Assembly (NCBI GenBank): GCA_002269645.1
Contig: NIVC01000265.1
Span: 1 to 64,000, forward strand
Length of the DNA stretch: 64,000 nucleotides
Source of the DNA: Macrostomum lignano
Taxonomy: Eukaryota
Reading direction: 5' to 3'
The notes below the pieces were generated by a model. That model had not been told where the DNA came from, did not search any database, and saw only the letters and a program-made list of their open reading frames with translations. This document shows, one piece after another, positions 1 through 11,981 of this stretch (positions are counted from its first letter, which is position 1; every line of letters starts with the position of its first letter). Made by a program: the position numbers and the translations under genes.

Positions 1-42
1 TCGCCGCTATCAGCGCCGCAACCTGCGAGGACTGCGGCAACC

Positions 43-3000
43 TCAAGTACCTGCCGCGACGTTTACCGCTACTACCAGCCAGCAGAGCCGTAAGATAGCG
101 CCTGCCACCTTCCAGCTGCTTACAACGCCGCTATTGCCGCTATCATCGGAATCCTCTCCAGCATCAACAAAATCCTCAGAATCTTCATCATCATCATCCT
201 CATCATCGTAATCGAACTCATCCGAGTCGCCATTCTCTTTTGCCGATAGTTTCTGCCCATTGCTGCGATTTCTACGAAACCTGCTGTTACCGCTGGCGCC
301 AACTGTTGATGGCGGGAATCGCCAGACTTGAGTCTCAAGTCCGGCTGGATTTTTCATTGTAGAGTTTGAACGGGCAAAACCTGATTGAATTCACAGTGCA
401 GTTTTGTGTTCAATGCGAATTGCGAATACTAACGATATGTAGTGATGCTTTCGCTTCGCATTATCAATAAGTCAAACTGAGTCAAATTGGAGCGCGTTAT
501 AAAACGAGTCGCATTAGGTCATAAAAATGCTCGAATAAATTAGAGGAAAACTGGGTCATATCATGGCCTCAAAAATGGGTCTTATCCTCAATAAATACAT
601 CATATCATCATGGCCTCATTAAATGGGTCATATCATCATGGCCTCATTAAATAGATCATATCATCATGGCCTCATTAAATGGGTCATATCATCATGGCCT
701 CATTAAATAGGTCATATCATCATGGCCTCATTAAATGGGTCATATCATCATGGCCTCATTAAATAGGTCATATCATCATGGCCTCATTAAATAGGTCATA
801 TCATCATGGCCTCATTAAATAGGTCATATCATCATGGCCTCATTAAATGGGTCATATCATCATGGCCTCATTAAATAGGTCATATCATCATGGCCTCATT
901 AAATGGGTCATATCATCATGGCCTCATTAAATAGGTCATATCATCATGGCCTCATTAAATAGTTCATATCATCATGGCCTCATTAAATGGGTCATATCAT
1001 CATGGCCTCATTAAATAGGTCATATCATCATGGCCTCATTAAATGGTCATATCATCATGGCCTCATTAAATAGATCATATCATCATGGCCTCATTAAATA
1101 GGTCATATCATCATGGCCTCATTAAATAGGTCATATCATCATGGCCTCATTAAATGGGTCATATCATCATGGCCTCATTAAATAGGTCATATCATCATGG
1201 CCTCATTAAATAGGTCATATCATCATGGCCTCATTAAATAGGTCATACCATCATGGCCTCATTAAATGGGTCATATCATCATGGCATCATTAAATAGATC
1301 ATATCATCATGGCCTCATTAAATAGGTCATATCATCATGGCCTCATTAAATAGGTCATACCATCATGGCCTCATTAAATGGGTCATATCATCATGGCATC
1401 ATTAAATAGATCATATCATCATGGCCTCATTAAATAGGTCATATCATCATCGCCTCATTAAATGGGTCATATCATCATGGCCTCATTAAATAGGTCATAT
1501 CATCATGGCCTCATTAAATGGGTCTTATCATCATGACATCATTAAATAGGTCATATCATCATGGCCTCATTAAATGGGTCATATCATCATGGCCTCATTA
1601 AATGGGTCTTATCATCATGGCATCATTAAATAGGTCATATCATCATGGCCTCATTAAATGGGTCTTATCATCATGGCATCATTAAATAGGTCATATCATC
1701 ATGGCCTCATTAAATGGGTCATATCATCATGGCCTCATTAAATAGGTCATATCATCATGGCCTCATTAAATAGGTCATATCATCATGGCCTCATTAAATA
1801 GGTCATATCATCATGGCCTCATTAAATAGGTCATATCATCATGGCCTCATTAAATCGGTCATATCATCATGGCCTCATTAAATGGGTCATATCATCATGG
1901 CCTCATTAAATGGGTCATATCATCATGGCCTCATTAAAAGGGTCATATCAGGACATCACTAAATATCATAAAAGTGACGTCATAAAACGTCATAAAAGTG
2001 ACTGCAAGCGGGCCATAAGGACTTTAAGTAAATTAAATCGTTATTGCATAAAAACTGGTCCACCAAGTGCTTCAAAGAAAGATATTTCGTAAAATTGAAT
2101 TATAAAAAATCAGTACAAAAACACAATTTTCTACTTGCATAGAATGATAAATTTCAACCACCGTGTTAATATTAGTAACACTTCTTAGAGAAAAATATTT
2201 TTAATCTTATAGAAAACAGTTACAAGATTACAAATTTCTTTTAACATCCTGTTAAGCTTTTCTTCTCTTCCTTACTCTCTTTCTACCGCGTCGTATACTC
2301 GTATAGCAGAGTTATAAAAACCCGCTACACGAAGGCCATCACATTATAACTACGCTCGTATGTTAATACCTCTAGCTAGAACATATTGAAATTTGTAGCA
2401 GAAAACTATATCATGCCATGTAGCAGCTATCATTTATAAAGTTATTGGCACTCTGGCATAAATTATGCATAAATTTAACATGCAGATTTCCTAATGTTTC
2501 TGAAGTCTACTGAAGTAAAAATATGTGCACTCACAAAATAGCGAGTATGTTAAATTTAACTCATTTGGCATCTTGCCAAACGCTGTTAGAATTGAAATTA
2601 ATCATAGTGATCAGATTTCTGCTACATGAATACCTCTAATCATATCCTGTAACTCTAGGCTGCCTATCCCCTTAAATCTATCCCCTACCTACCTCTCCCC
2701 TTGCCTACCTCTCCCCTTGCCTATCTCTCCCCTGCCTACCTCTCCCCTGCCTACCTCTCCCCTGTATATCTCTCCCCTGTCTACCTCTCCCCTGCCTACC
2801 TCTCCCCTGTCTATCTCTCCCCTGCCTACCTCTCCCCAGCCTGTCTCTCTCCTGCCTACCTCTCCCCTGCCTACCTCTCCTCAGCCTGTCTCTCTCCTGC
2901 CTACCTCTCCCCTGCCTTACCTATACCTTATCTACTTCTTCCCCTTGCCTACCTCTATCCCTGCCTACCTCTCCCCTTGCCTACTTATACCTTATCTACT

Positions 3001-5059
3001 TCTTCCCTATCTACCTCTCCCCTGTCTACCTCTCTCATTTCTACCTCTCCCCTGTCTACCTCTCCTGTCTACCTCTCCCCTGTTTACCTCTCCTGTCTAC
3101 CTCTCCCCTGTTTACCTCTCCAGTGTCTACCTCTTCTATAACTAGTGTCTACTCCAGTGTCTACTCTCTACATCTCCCCTGTCTACCCCTGACCCCTCTA
3201 CCCAGTCCCCCCTCTATGTCAAGGTTTAGAAAACAAAAACTTTCAGAACATGATCATCCACCATATTTAACAAAGCAATAATTATATTGATTAAATCACT
3301 GAGACAGAACCAGACAGACCCAAACAGCACTCACCGCCAAACCGATTGTCTGTTGTCGACACTGAACGACTCAAACTGTCTGGAGAAGCTGCAGCCGCCG
3401 GTGCTACTGCTGCGGCAGCGGCGGCAGGACGGCTCCCAGCCGACTGAGTCGAATGGCCATTGGACGCACCGGTAGCTGTTGGTGCAGCAGAGTAGCCAGT
3501 GCTACTATAAGTAGCATTGCCGCTATTGCCATAGAACGGATGAGAATGTTCGTAGAGTCCGGTTGATGGAATCGGAGGACTTGAGGGCTGATGAGTCTGT
3601 TGCTGCTGCGCTTGCGATGAGGTGGACTGTGGGCTTCTGGGAATAGTAGAAATCACAACAATATTATTAGGTTTTGATAATCCTTAATGTTTTTGATTCA
3701 GCTAATACCTAACCTTTTATGACTCAGCTAATCCTTAATCTTTTATGACTCATCTAATCCTTAATCCCTTATGACTCAGCTAATCATTGCTCCTTTACGA
3801 CTCAGCTAATCATTGATACTTTACGACTCAGCTAATCCTTAATCTTTTACGACTCAGCTAATCCTTAATCTTTTACGACTCAGCTAATCCTTAATCTTTT
3901 ACGACTCAGCTAATCCTTAATCCCTTATGACTCAGCTAATCTTTAATCCCTTATGACTCAGCTAATCATTGATCCTTTATGACTCAGCTAATCCTTAATC
4001 TTTTACGACTCAGCTAATCCTTAATCTCTTATGACTCAGCTAATCATTGATCCTTTATGACTCAGCTAATTCTTAATCTTTTACGACTCAGCTAATCCTT
4101 AATCTTTTACGACTCAGCTAATCCTTAATCTTTTACGACTCAGCTAATCCTTAATCCTTTACGACTCAGCTAATCCTTAATCTTTTACGACTCAGCTAAT
4201 CCTTAATCTTTTACGACTCAGCTAATCCTTAATCTTTTACGACTCAGATAATCCTTAATATTTTACGACTCAGCAAATCCTTAATCCTTGGTTATTCTGC
4301 AGTTTAAATAACATTTGCAAAGTCCTAAATATATTAAATAGCTACTCACGGCATGCGAACCCACACTCCGTCACTGGGATCGCTGGTCTGTTGTTGGTCC
4401 GCCCTCCCACCGCCACCTCCATTGCTGGAACCGCCGCCGCCTATTCCAGACTTGACCGAAGGTAGCGGCCTCCTCTGTTGAGCAATTGCCCGTTTAATAT
4501 CCCGGATATCATTAGCAATGTCAGCTACCACATTCGGGTTTAGCAGTCCTCCCCCTCCTACAGCACCAGAGTAGGATCCACCTGTAGCTCCACTGTCATC
4601 ATCAAAATCATTATCGCAGTTTTGATTTTCATCATTATCGTAGGCGGAATATTGTTCAAAACCAGCTGTAGCAGCGCTAGTACTACTGCTAGTAGCTGCT
4701 GCGCTGGTAGTTGGTTCGGAAGCGTCAAGAGCAATATCGGTTAATTCTGTATGAAACTCTGGTGCACAAGTGTAAGCTGATCCAGCGCGTTGAGATTGGT
4801 TGCTAGGCAACCGACTCGATGATGGGTAGATAACTTCCTCATTGTCATAATTGTATTTGCCATTGCCATTGTCATTTGGTGGTATTGCATTAAGAGACTC
4901 GCTAGATGATGAAGAGTTTGCTAATCGCATGCCAACATAAGCATCTGGTTCTGGTGGTGGTGCTTGAGGAGGCTTTGACTGCTGCTGCTGACCCTGGTCA
5001 GATGAAGCAGCCATAGACAGTAGGTGAGGCTGCAGACTATAGTCATTAGTCAGATCCAT
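43..5059 (-). CDS. Orphan low-complexity (Q/S/G/D-rich) protein, about 449 aa; exons 5059-4350, 3636-3335, 380-43 (3' end uncertain)
   Basis: Three GC-rich open frames join in phase. Donor CC|GTGAGT at 4349 (phase 2) goes to acceptor ttcccag|A at 3636. Donor GGC G|GTGAGT at 3334 (phase 1) goes to acceptor aatcag|GT at 380. No recognisable domain. The last exon could instead splice out at GTAAGC (123). Confidence 0.65.
601..1945. repeat. 28-bp minisatellite (aggtcatatcatcatggcctcattaaat), about 47 copies, intronic
   Basis: Read directly; near-identical head-to-tail units. Confidence 0.97.
2660..3205. repeat. 15-bp CT-rich minisatellite (cctgcctacctctcc), intronic
   Basis: Read directly; source of the AYLSP/PTSPL pseudo-ORFs. 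Confidence 0.95.
3695..4288. repeat. 26-bp minisatellite (gactcagctaatccttaatcttttac), intronic
   Basis: Read directly; fills the 3637-4349 intron. Confidence 0.96.
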
Positions 5060-8000
5060 TGTGCAATGCAGATCTACTGCACCAGCATTTAATAAGCAAT
5101 TGTTTTATACTTATTGCTTCTATGTTAAAGTATAGAGTGCACAAAGAATGTACACTTATACACACTAATTTTAATTAGCTATATACTTGACAGTATTTTT
5201 TCTTGATTTTAAATCAATATTTAATTACATAAATTGAGATACAACAGAGAATAGTCAATTTTTAGCTTTAAATTATAGTTGAACCTAAAATTAAAGATGG
5301 TTGCATGTGATCAACTTTCAGATTATAAAAATCAGGATCCTAATTTTTACTCAGAATTGCTAATAAAAAAGCCAATTTTTTTAGAAAACTCTTATATTCA
5401 ATATAACTAGAAAATATTTAACTTGGCATTAATATTTTAAGTCCTAAGCAACTCTTATTGAACAAGTTAGAAAATAAAAGAAATGAAGTCTATTTAGCAC
5501 TAATTAGATAATAAAGCATCATTAATATATATTATATAATAGCAATATATAATTTTTAATTGGCTTTAATAAGTATAAGCAAAAAAGTAACGTCTATATC
5601 TGAAACATATGAAAATAATATTAATAATAAAAAATTATATTTGTTATAAATGTTGCTATAAAACTATATAGAAACAATTTTTGCAAAACAACAATTTTTT
5701 CTTAAATTCAAAAGGATTTAAATTGTTAGTGATTTGAAATAGAAAGGATTCTAGGAATACAAAAAAATTCAAGAAAAAATCCTAAGACAATTATGTATTG
5801 ATATTTAACCCTTGTATATTGGGTAATTCTAGTGTTCATTTTGCCTTCTGATCTATGGTGCTAGGTTTTATTTAGCTAGGGCCTAGGTTTATTTTTTATA
5901 TAATATAGATGCTATAGCATCTTGACTTTCAAAATTGCAGTTTTGGTTCCACTGGTTTCTAATTAGCTTATTCTATCTGTAGTCAGTATAGATATTGCAT
6001 GTATATTGTAAATAGTTAGTTAAAATTATAGAACCCAGAGCATTTAAACAATATTAACAAAGACATTATTAAGTGGCGTCCTATCCTTTTCCCTATCCTA
6101 TCCCAATTTCTAAATAGATAAACAGTTGTAGAAGAAAATGCTTTTTATCCACTTAGCAGAAAAACTATTAGCAGACAAATGAACTATTATAGAAACCTTG
6201 GCAGCAATGCAGTGTCATATGGTTATCTAGCTAAAAATTAATGTTGATTATGTACAATAACTATAGCATAGTACATATATTTGGTAAAATAAATAATGTA
6301 TTTCTATTTCTCCTTTTATGTATCAACATTGCCAACTAGGCCAAATTAGGCCTATTAATATATTCGTATATATAATGTTACATTTATACATCACAAAGTA
6401 TATTGCATTTTTTACAAAGCCAAATTAAAAATTGTTTGCACTACCTTTGTTGTGAAGTCTATAGCCAGTAGTATTAACTAGCAAAGAAAAATTTAGCAAA
6501 GTATCAAAAGCAATAATAGATTCTATTAAAAAATATAATATAAAAACCAGGACTTTAGTTTATTTACAAAGTCAAAACTTGAATCTTTAAAAGTTCAATT
6601 GAATAGCATTTATTTGCATCTTTAAATGGCAGTTAAACAACACTAATTCACATTAGCTTCTTCTCTTCAGTAATTTTCAATTTTGTTGTACACCTTCACT
6701 TTTTTGCTAAGTGAACTCTGACTATTGCACCAGTGATACAAGGGAATTCTAACAAACAATTTAGCCATTACCCTTGTGTAGCATTCATTATGATTTGAGA
6801 CCAAGCTGTGTGTGTGTGAGAATAGCAAGAACAATGGGAAAGAACTTTTCTTGCAGCCATTGACCTCAACCCTTACAAAATAAATAGCTATCTATTATCA
6901 TGAAGGTATGCTCTTTTTGATAGACTATAGATAAGACAAACTGCCTTTTGAGGATGACCAAGTTTCTAGTTCTATCCTTTTTTAGCTATAGAAAGTATAT
7001 CACTTCTAAACCATTAACTTTCAATGCTTACTAGCATTCTTTGCACTTGCACATAGATTTGAAGAGTTTAAAAAAGCAACTAGGCCTAGCCCCTAATGTA
7101 AATGCATTTCTTGCTCTTAATAATGCCAAATATACTAACTAGTAATTTGTGAGCTTTCTTAATTAGTGCAATGAAGTCCACTTAAATTAGATCATTGCCT
7201 TATAACCAAGGACTCTATGTATTTGCACTTGTAGCTAGCTACTTAACTTGGGCCTAAAATTTGCCTAGCAGAATGTTGTTATCATTCTTGCAGTTGCTAT
7301 TATCTGTAATTGACAACCTAATAGCCAGTTAAGTTGAGTTAACAGACAAGGATTGCAAAGCTCCCATGGCTTCTTAGCAGTCATATCTATTATTGAAACT
7401 GTCTTTATACTTCTAAAAAAATTGCAAGTAGGCCTATAGTCTAATGATATTTTTTTCTTGAATGCTTTTTATTAAATTGTCAATTTTTAGCATTCTGAGT
7501 AATTTCTATAGATGATTTTGTCACTTGCTCTAACTTTATACTTTAGCAGTGGTTAGGCCCTACAATGCCTTAACCTCACTTTCTATTAACTTACCCGTAA
7601 CTTGCCCATCTTTTATAATCTATGGCTAGGTCTAGTTATATATATAATATTTGTCTATAGATGTGCTTACAACAATTAAGCACTAAGGGAAGTGACTTCA
7701 TTTGCAAAGATAAATGAAGGGCACACTCATAGGGCCTACCCTTTCTAGTCTACCCAAAAAAGAGAATGGGAGTAATATATATATCCTCTGCTAAAATATA
7801 TTTATAGGCCTAGTAGGTCCTAAGTGAAGTGCCATTTGCAAAGTCATCTAGGATAAACAAACATGGCTAAGTGCCATTTAGCCTACTTAGTTTTACTTAG
7901 TTTTAGGAATCATGCAGTGCATTGAAAAAGTTTTGAATATTTTAAAATTGGCTAAAATTAAATAAAACATCAAGATTTACATGCGACATTAATAACTCCT

Positions 8001-8828
8001 AATCTATTGATCCCTCTCTAAGTTAACTAGACCTAAACAATGGTTTTAGGACTGTTTTATTTTAAACAGTCAGTAAAATTAACTATCTGAATTGACTGAA
8101 TAAAATTATGTTATTATGTTTATAATTTTGTGCCTATTTTTAAAGTCAAAAAATTAAATTATTCAAATCAATTTTATTACATTAGCTAGGCCTAGGCCTG
8201 GTTAAAAAAATAAATACAGATGCCTGAATGCTTGAATGAATTGAATGCTTGAACCTCAATACCAACATTTTTTATTGTATTTTTAAACGGAATGGGTATA
8301 ATTTTTCTAAGAACACCCCTAATCAAATACAATACATTTTATACAAAAAATTTAGTACTGACTAAAAAGTGCTAGACTTTTGTTTCTTTTCACTAAACTT
8401 ATTATTGCGCATCTGTGTAACTTACTTGGCTTTTGTTATTTTTGCCTTTGCCTCTAGATATATAACAAATATGTAAATTCGCGCAAATTCAAGTTTAATA
8501 GTTTCGTAGAAAATATTCATTTTAATGCAACAACAGCAGCCTACTACAGCCAAGTCAAGGGCCGCCAAGCCAAGGCCAACAAACAACGATTTTTAGTTCT
8601 TTTAGTCCGCTCACTGTCCATTGTCTTTGTATGAACTCAAAATTACTATAGAAATATTGCCCAATTATTAAGTTATTTTAAACAAATGTTAGCCATAGTT
8701 ACTATTTTTTACGGTCTGCGGTCATTTCGTCTGCCGCCTTTTCGTCTGCCAAAGAATTTTAGCAGACGAAACGACTTTTTTATTTATGTTTATTTTGGTT
8801 CACAAAAAGTTTCACAAAAATATTGAAA

Positions 8829-9208
8829 TTGAGCCTCTTCACGGCAATCGGTTCTAGAACCAGAATAAATTCGAGTTCTAGAACCAGAACCAGTGTGAAA
8901 TGAGGAGCTTAGAACCCATTTCATGTTTGACAGTCTACAATTTAATTTTGTCATTCTTTGACTTTGTTTCCTCTTGGATATGACAAAAAAGGAATATTTA
9001 TATAACAATAATAAAAAATTGCCGATTTCAAATATGTTTACTGGTAAAGTGTAAACATGACAACGGTTCGAGAAAATTTCTTGAACCATATTCTAGAACC
9101 AGAACCATGTTCCAGAACTGATTCTGTTTTTCGAACCATTGATATGAAGAGCGTCAAACTGGTTCGGAACCAGTTCTGTTATCAAACCGGCGATATAAAG
9201 AGGCTCAA
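8829..9208. mobile_element. Possible MITE-like element with 11-bp terminal inverted repeats
   Basis: ttgagcctctt (8829-8839) and aagaggctcaa (9198-9208); internal repeated ttctagaaccagaa motifs; no clear TSD. Confidence 0.3.
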
Positions 9209-11981
9209 GGATATATAATTTTTTTTGTAAACTCAAGTCAAAGTTCTAGTTTTTTATTCTTTGATTCTTTGACAGTTTCTTTCTTTCTTTCTTTGACATA
9301 GGTTCTTTGATAATTTTTTTATTCTTTGACATATACAGACTTAGGCCTACTTAGTTGGTGGCTCAGTGCTAACACAATAGGGGTAGGCCTAACCAACCCT
9401 AGCCATAGTTTAGAAGAAAACATGTATAATATATAATATTTATAATAGGCCTATCTATATATAGAGATTCTAGTTAATCTAGCAACAGGACAATCCAGCA
9501 AGAGATGATTTGGTGATAGTCAAAATGGTAATAGTCAATCTGAATCTGGCAACAAGGTGTAGTAAAAAGCTATTAAATCGGCTAGGGGCCTATTTGATAT
9601 TTAAACAGATTAGAGAGCTTTTATCTGTATAATTATAATTATTTGAAATTGTTATTTATAGTTAGGGCCTATTAATAATCATTATATTATTTTTTAATAA
9701 AATAAGGGTATATGTTAGAGTTCCATATATTGAAATTTAGTGGGTAGTGGGTTCAAAATCTTTGGGTTTTAATAGCGTTTTTTCTTAGGCCTATATTGAT
9801 AATACTGCTATAAAAAGGGAAAATACATTGAATAATTGATATGTTATTTATTTTTACTAAGGGACAGGACACACATTAGTTAGGCTATATAAGCAAATGC
9901 CAAACCACCTAGTAGTTCCACATTGTAGCTTAATAGAAATATCAATTGGAAGTTAGAACTAGATAGATAGCTCTAACAATTGTTACATATAAAAATTAGT
10001 ACTATTATAATATTAAAATATTTTGATATGATGTACTAAACTATATTAGAAGTATAGCCATAATGTTCAATATTTATTTTTATTACAAAGATACTATCCT
10101 AATATGAATTCTTTATATAAGCCTATATAAAATTAAAACTCATGTTAAATTTTGTTTGTATCTTAAATCTATATAAAATTTATAATATAAAATATATTGC
10201 TAGATTGTTTATTGCCATTGCCTATTTTGAATATTGTCAGATTATCTGTTGCTAGATTGTCTTGTTGCTATTTTGATTGTCACTAGATTGTCTATTGCCA
10301 AATCGTCTTATAGCTAGATTGACTAAAAGCCATAAGTACATTAGGATTTCCTGATTTACAACAAGGATATTTCCTAATTTTCAACCTATATCCACATATA
10401 TTTTTGGCATACTACATATATGATGCAGTGGACACATTGTGTCAATGACAATTTTTTTTTAATGTATAAATGAGGTCTCATAATTTTTTCTAGCATTAGA
10501 CTTGGGGTATACTAATAGGCCCACAATTTGAAGAATGGGTAACCAGTCCTTTTGGTTACAATTGTCAATTGTCAATGACTCAATATCTATACACATGTAC
10601 TATAGCTATAATATCTATTGTTTATAGAATAAAAAACCTTTGTCATTGTTTACTAACAAATTAGCACTGAAATCTTTAATCTTATTAAAGCATCTACTAC
10701 TGTATATACATTGTCAAAGTCTTAAAGGTAAATGAAATTAGGTCAAAGGTCAGAACAAAAACATCAATAAATATTTGCTAGATCAAAGCTTTTTATAGTT
10801 GTTAGCAATATACATTAATTCTAGATATTTGATTCTACTTTATTATTATTATACTAAAGCCAATTTTTTATATAGCAATAATTGTGTCCTTAGTCAAGTG
10901 CTACTTATAAAGCATTATATATGTGTGCATATGTTATTTCTTTATAAGTATTGCCTAAGCCTAGGCCTAAGGAACTTTTTATCATCTACACAAACTAGAA
11001 AATCTATAATATAGGTCTATTTTAGCTTTAGAACTTAGAACTTGAACTATCAGTTTAAAAATTATAGGCCTTATTTCTATTATTTTTGTGCTTATACAAT
11101 TTTTCACTAATTTCTATGGCAAAATTATTTGCCAACTAAGGAATATAAAATCTTTAGTTTTGCCAAGCCTAGGATTCTTTCAATCAGGATATCCCAGACT
11201 TAAAAAATCCTAGGATTCTCAAGATTGAGATATTCCAGACTTTAGGTTTACAAAGGTTTACAAAGAAATATAGGTTTAACTGTTTACAAATTCATCTTAT
11301 CTGGTTTTAAAGGGCCTTCAATAATAAAATTACAATAAAATAAAATATTTTACAAACAACAAACTAACAGTGAGCTGTAAATTAGAGTGTAATGTATGGG
11401 CTGGCCTAATAGATGTGCTTTTTTGTATGCCAGTATTAGCTTAGGAAAATCATACTTGATTATGATGTAACTTAGGGAATGATACCTTATAGAGATATGG
11501 TCCATGGTAATGATATCAGGGTAGAGGGGCTTTAAACCTCACCCCAGACAATATTTTCTGAATCTTTGTATCTTAACTCTTTTCTATTATGTTTAACAAA
11601 TATTTGTTTGTTTAGAAAAGTTATTGCTTAGTCTAGAAAATCTAGAAAAGTTATTGCTTAGTCTGCAATTAATTATTGATATTTCAATAGTTGTGGCTAA
11701 ATAAAACTAAGTATGTTAGAAAACTTTTCAATATTTTTCTAAACTGGATGATATTTATTTGATTTATTTCAAAGTAGAGTTAAAATAATTCTAGAGTCTG
11801 GGGATTTCTGCAACTGTTGTGGGTCTTAGAGGCTTTGCAATATGAAGTGATAAGATAGAGATAGGGGTTGCATTTTAATTGGTATTACATTTTTTTCAAA
11901 TTCATGTTCTGACATTGGTTCGACTTGATTAAAGTTAACTACTTTGGTTTAGTTATTTAGTTGAAGACTCCAGTTGTTTGC

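Noticed and set aside
2701-3145. ORFs of 142-146 aa (AYLSP / PTSPL repeats)
   Set aside because: Translations of a 15-bp intronic minisatellite
8425-8640. Possible non-coding 5' exon of the minus-strand orphan (GTAAGT donor near 8424)
   Set aside because: Only a donor-like motif; no independent support
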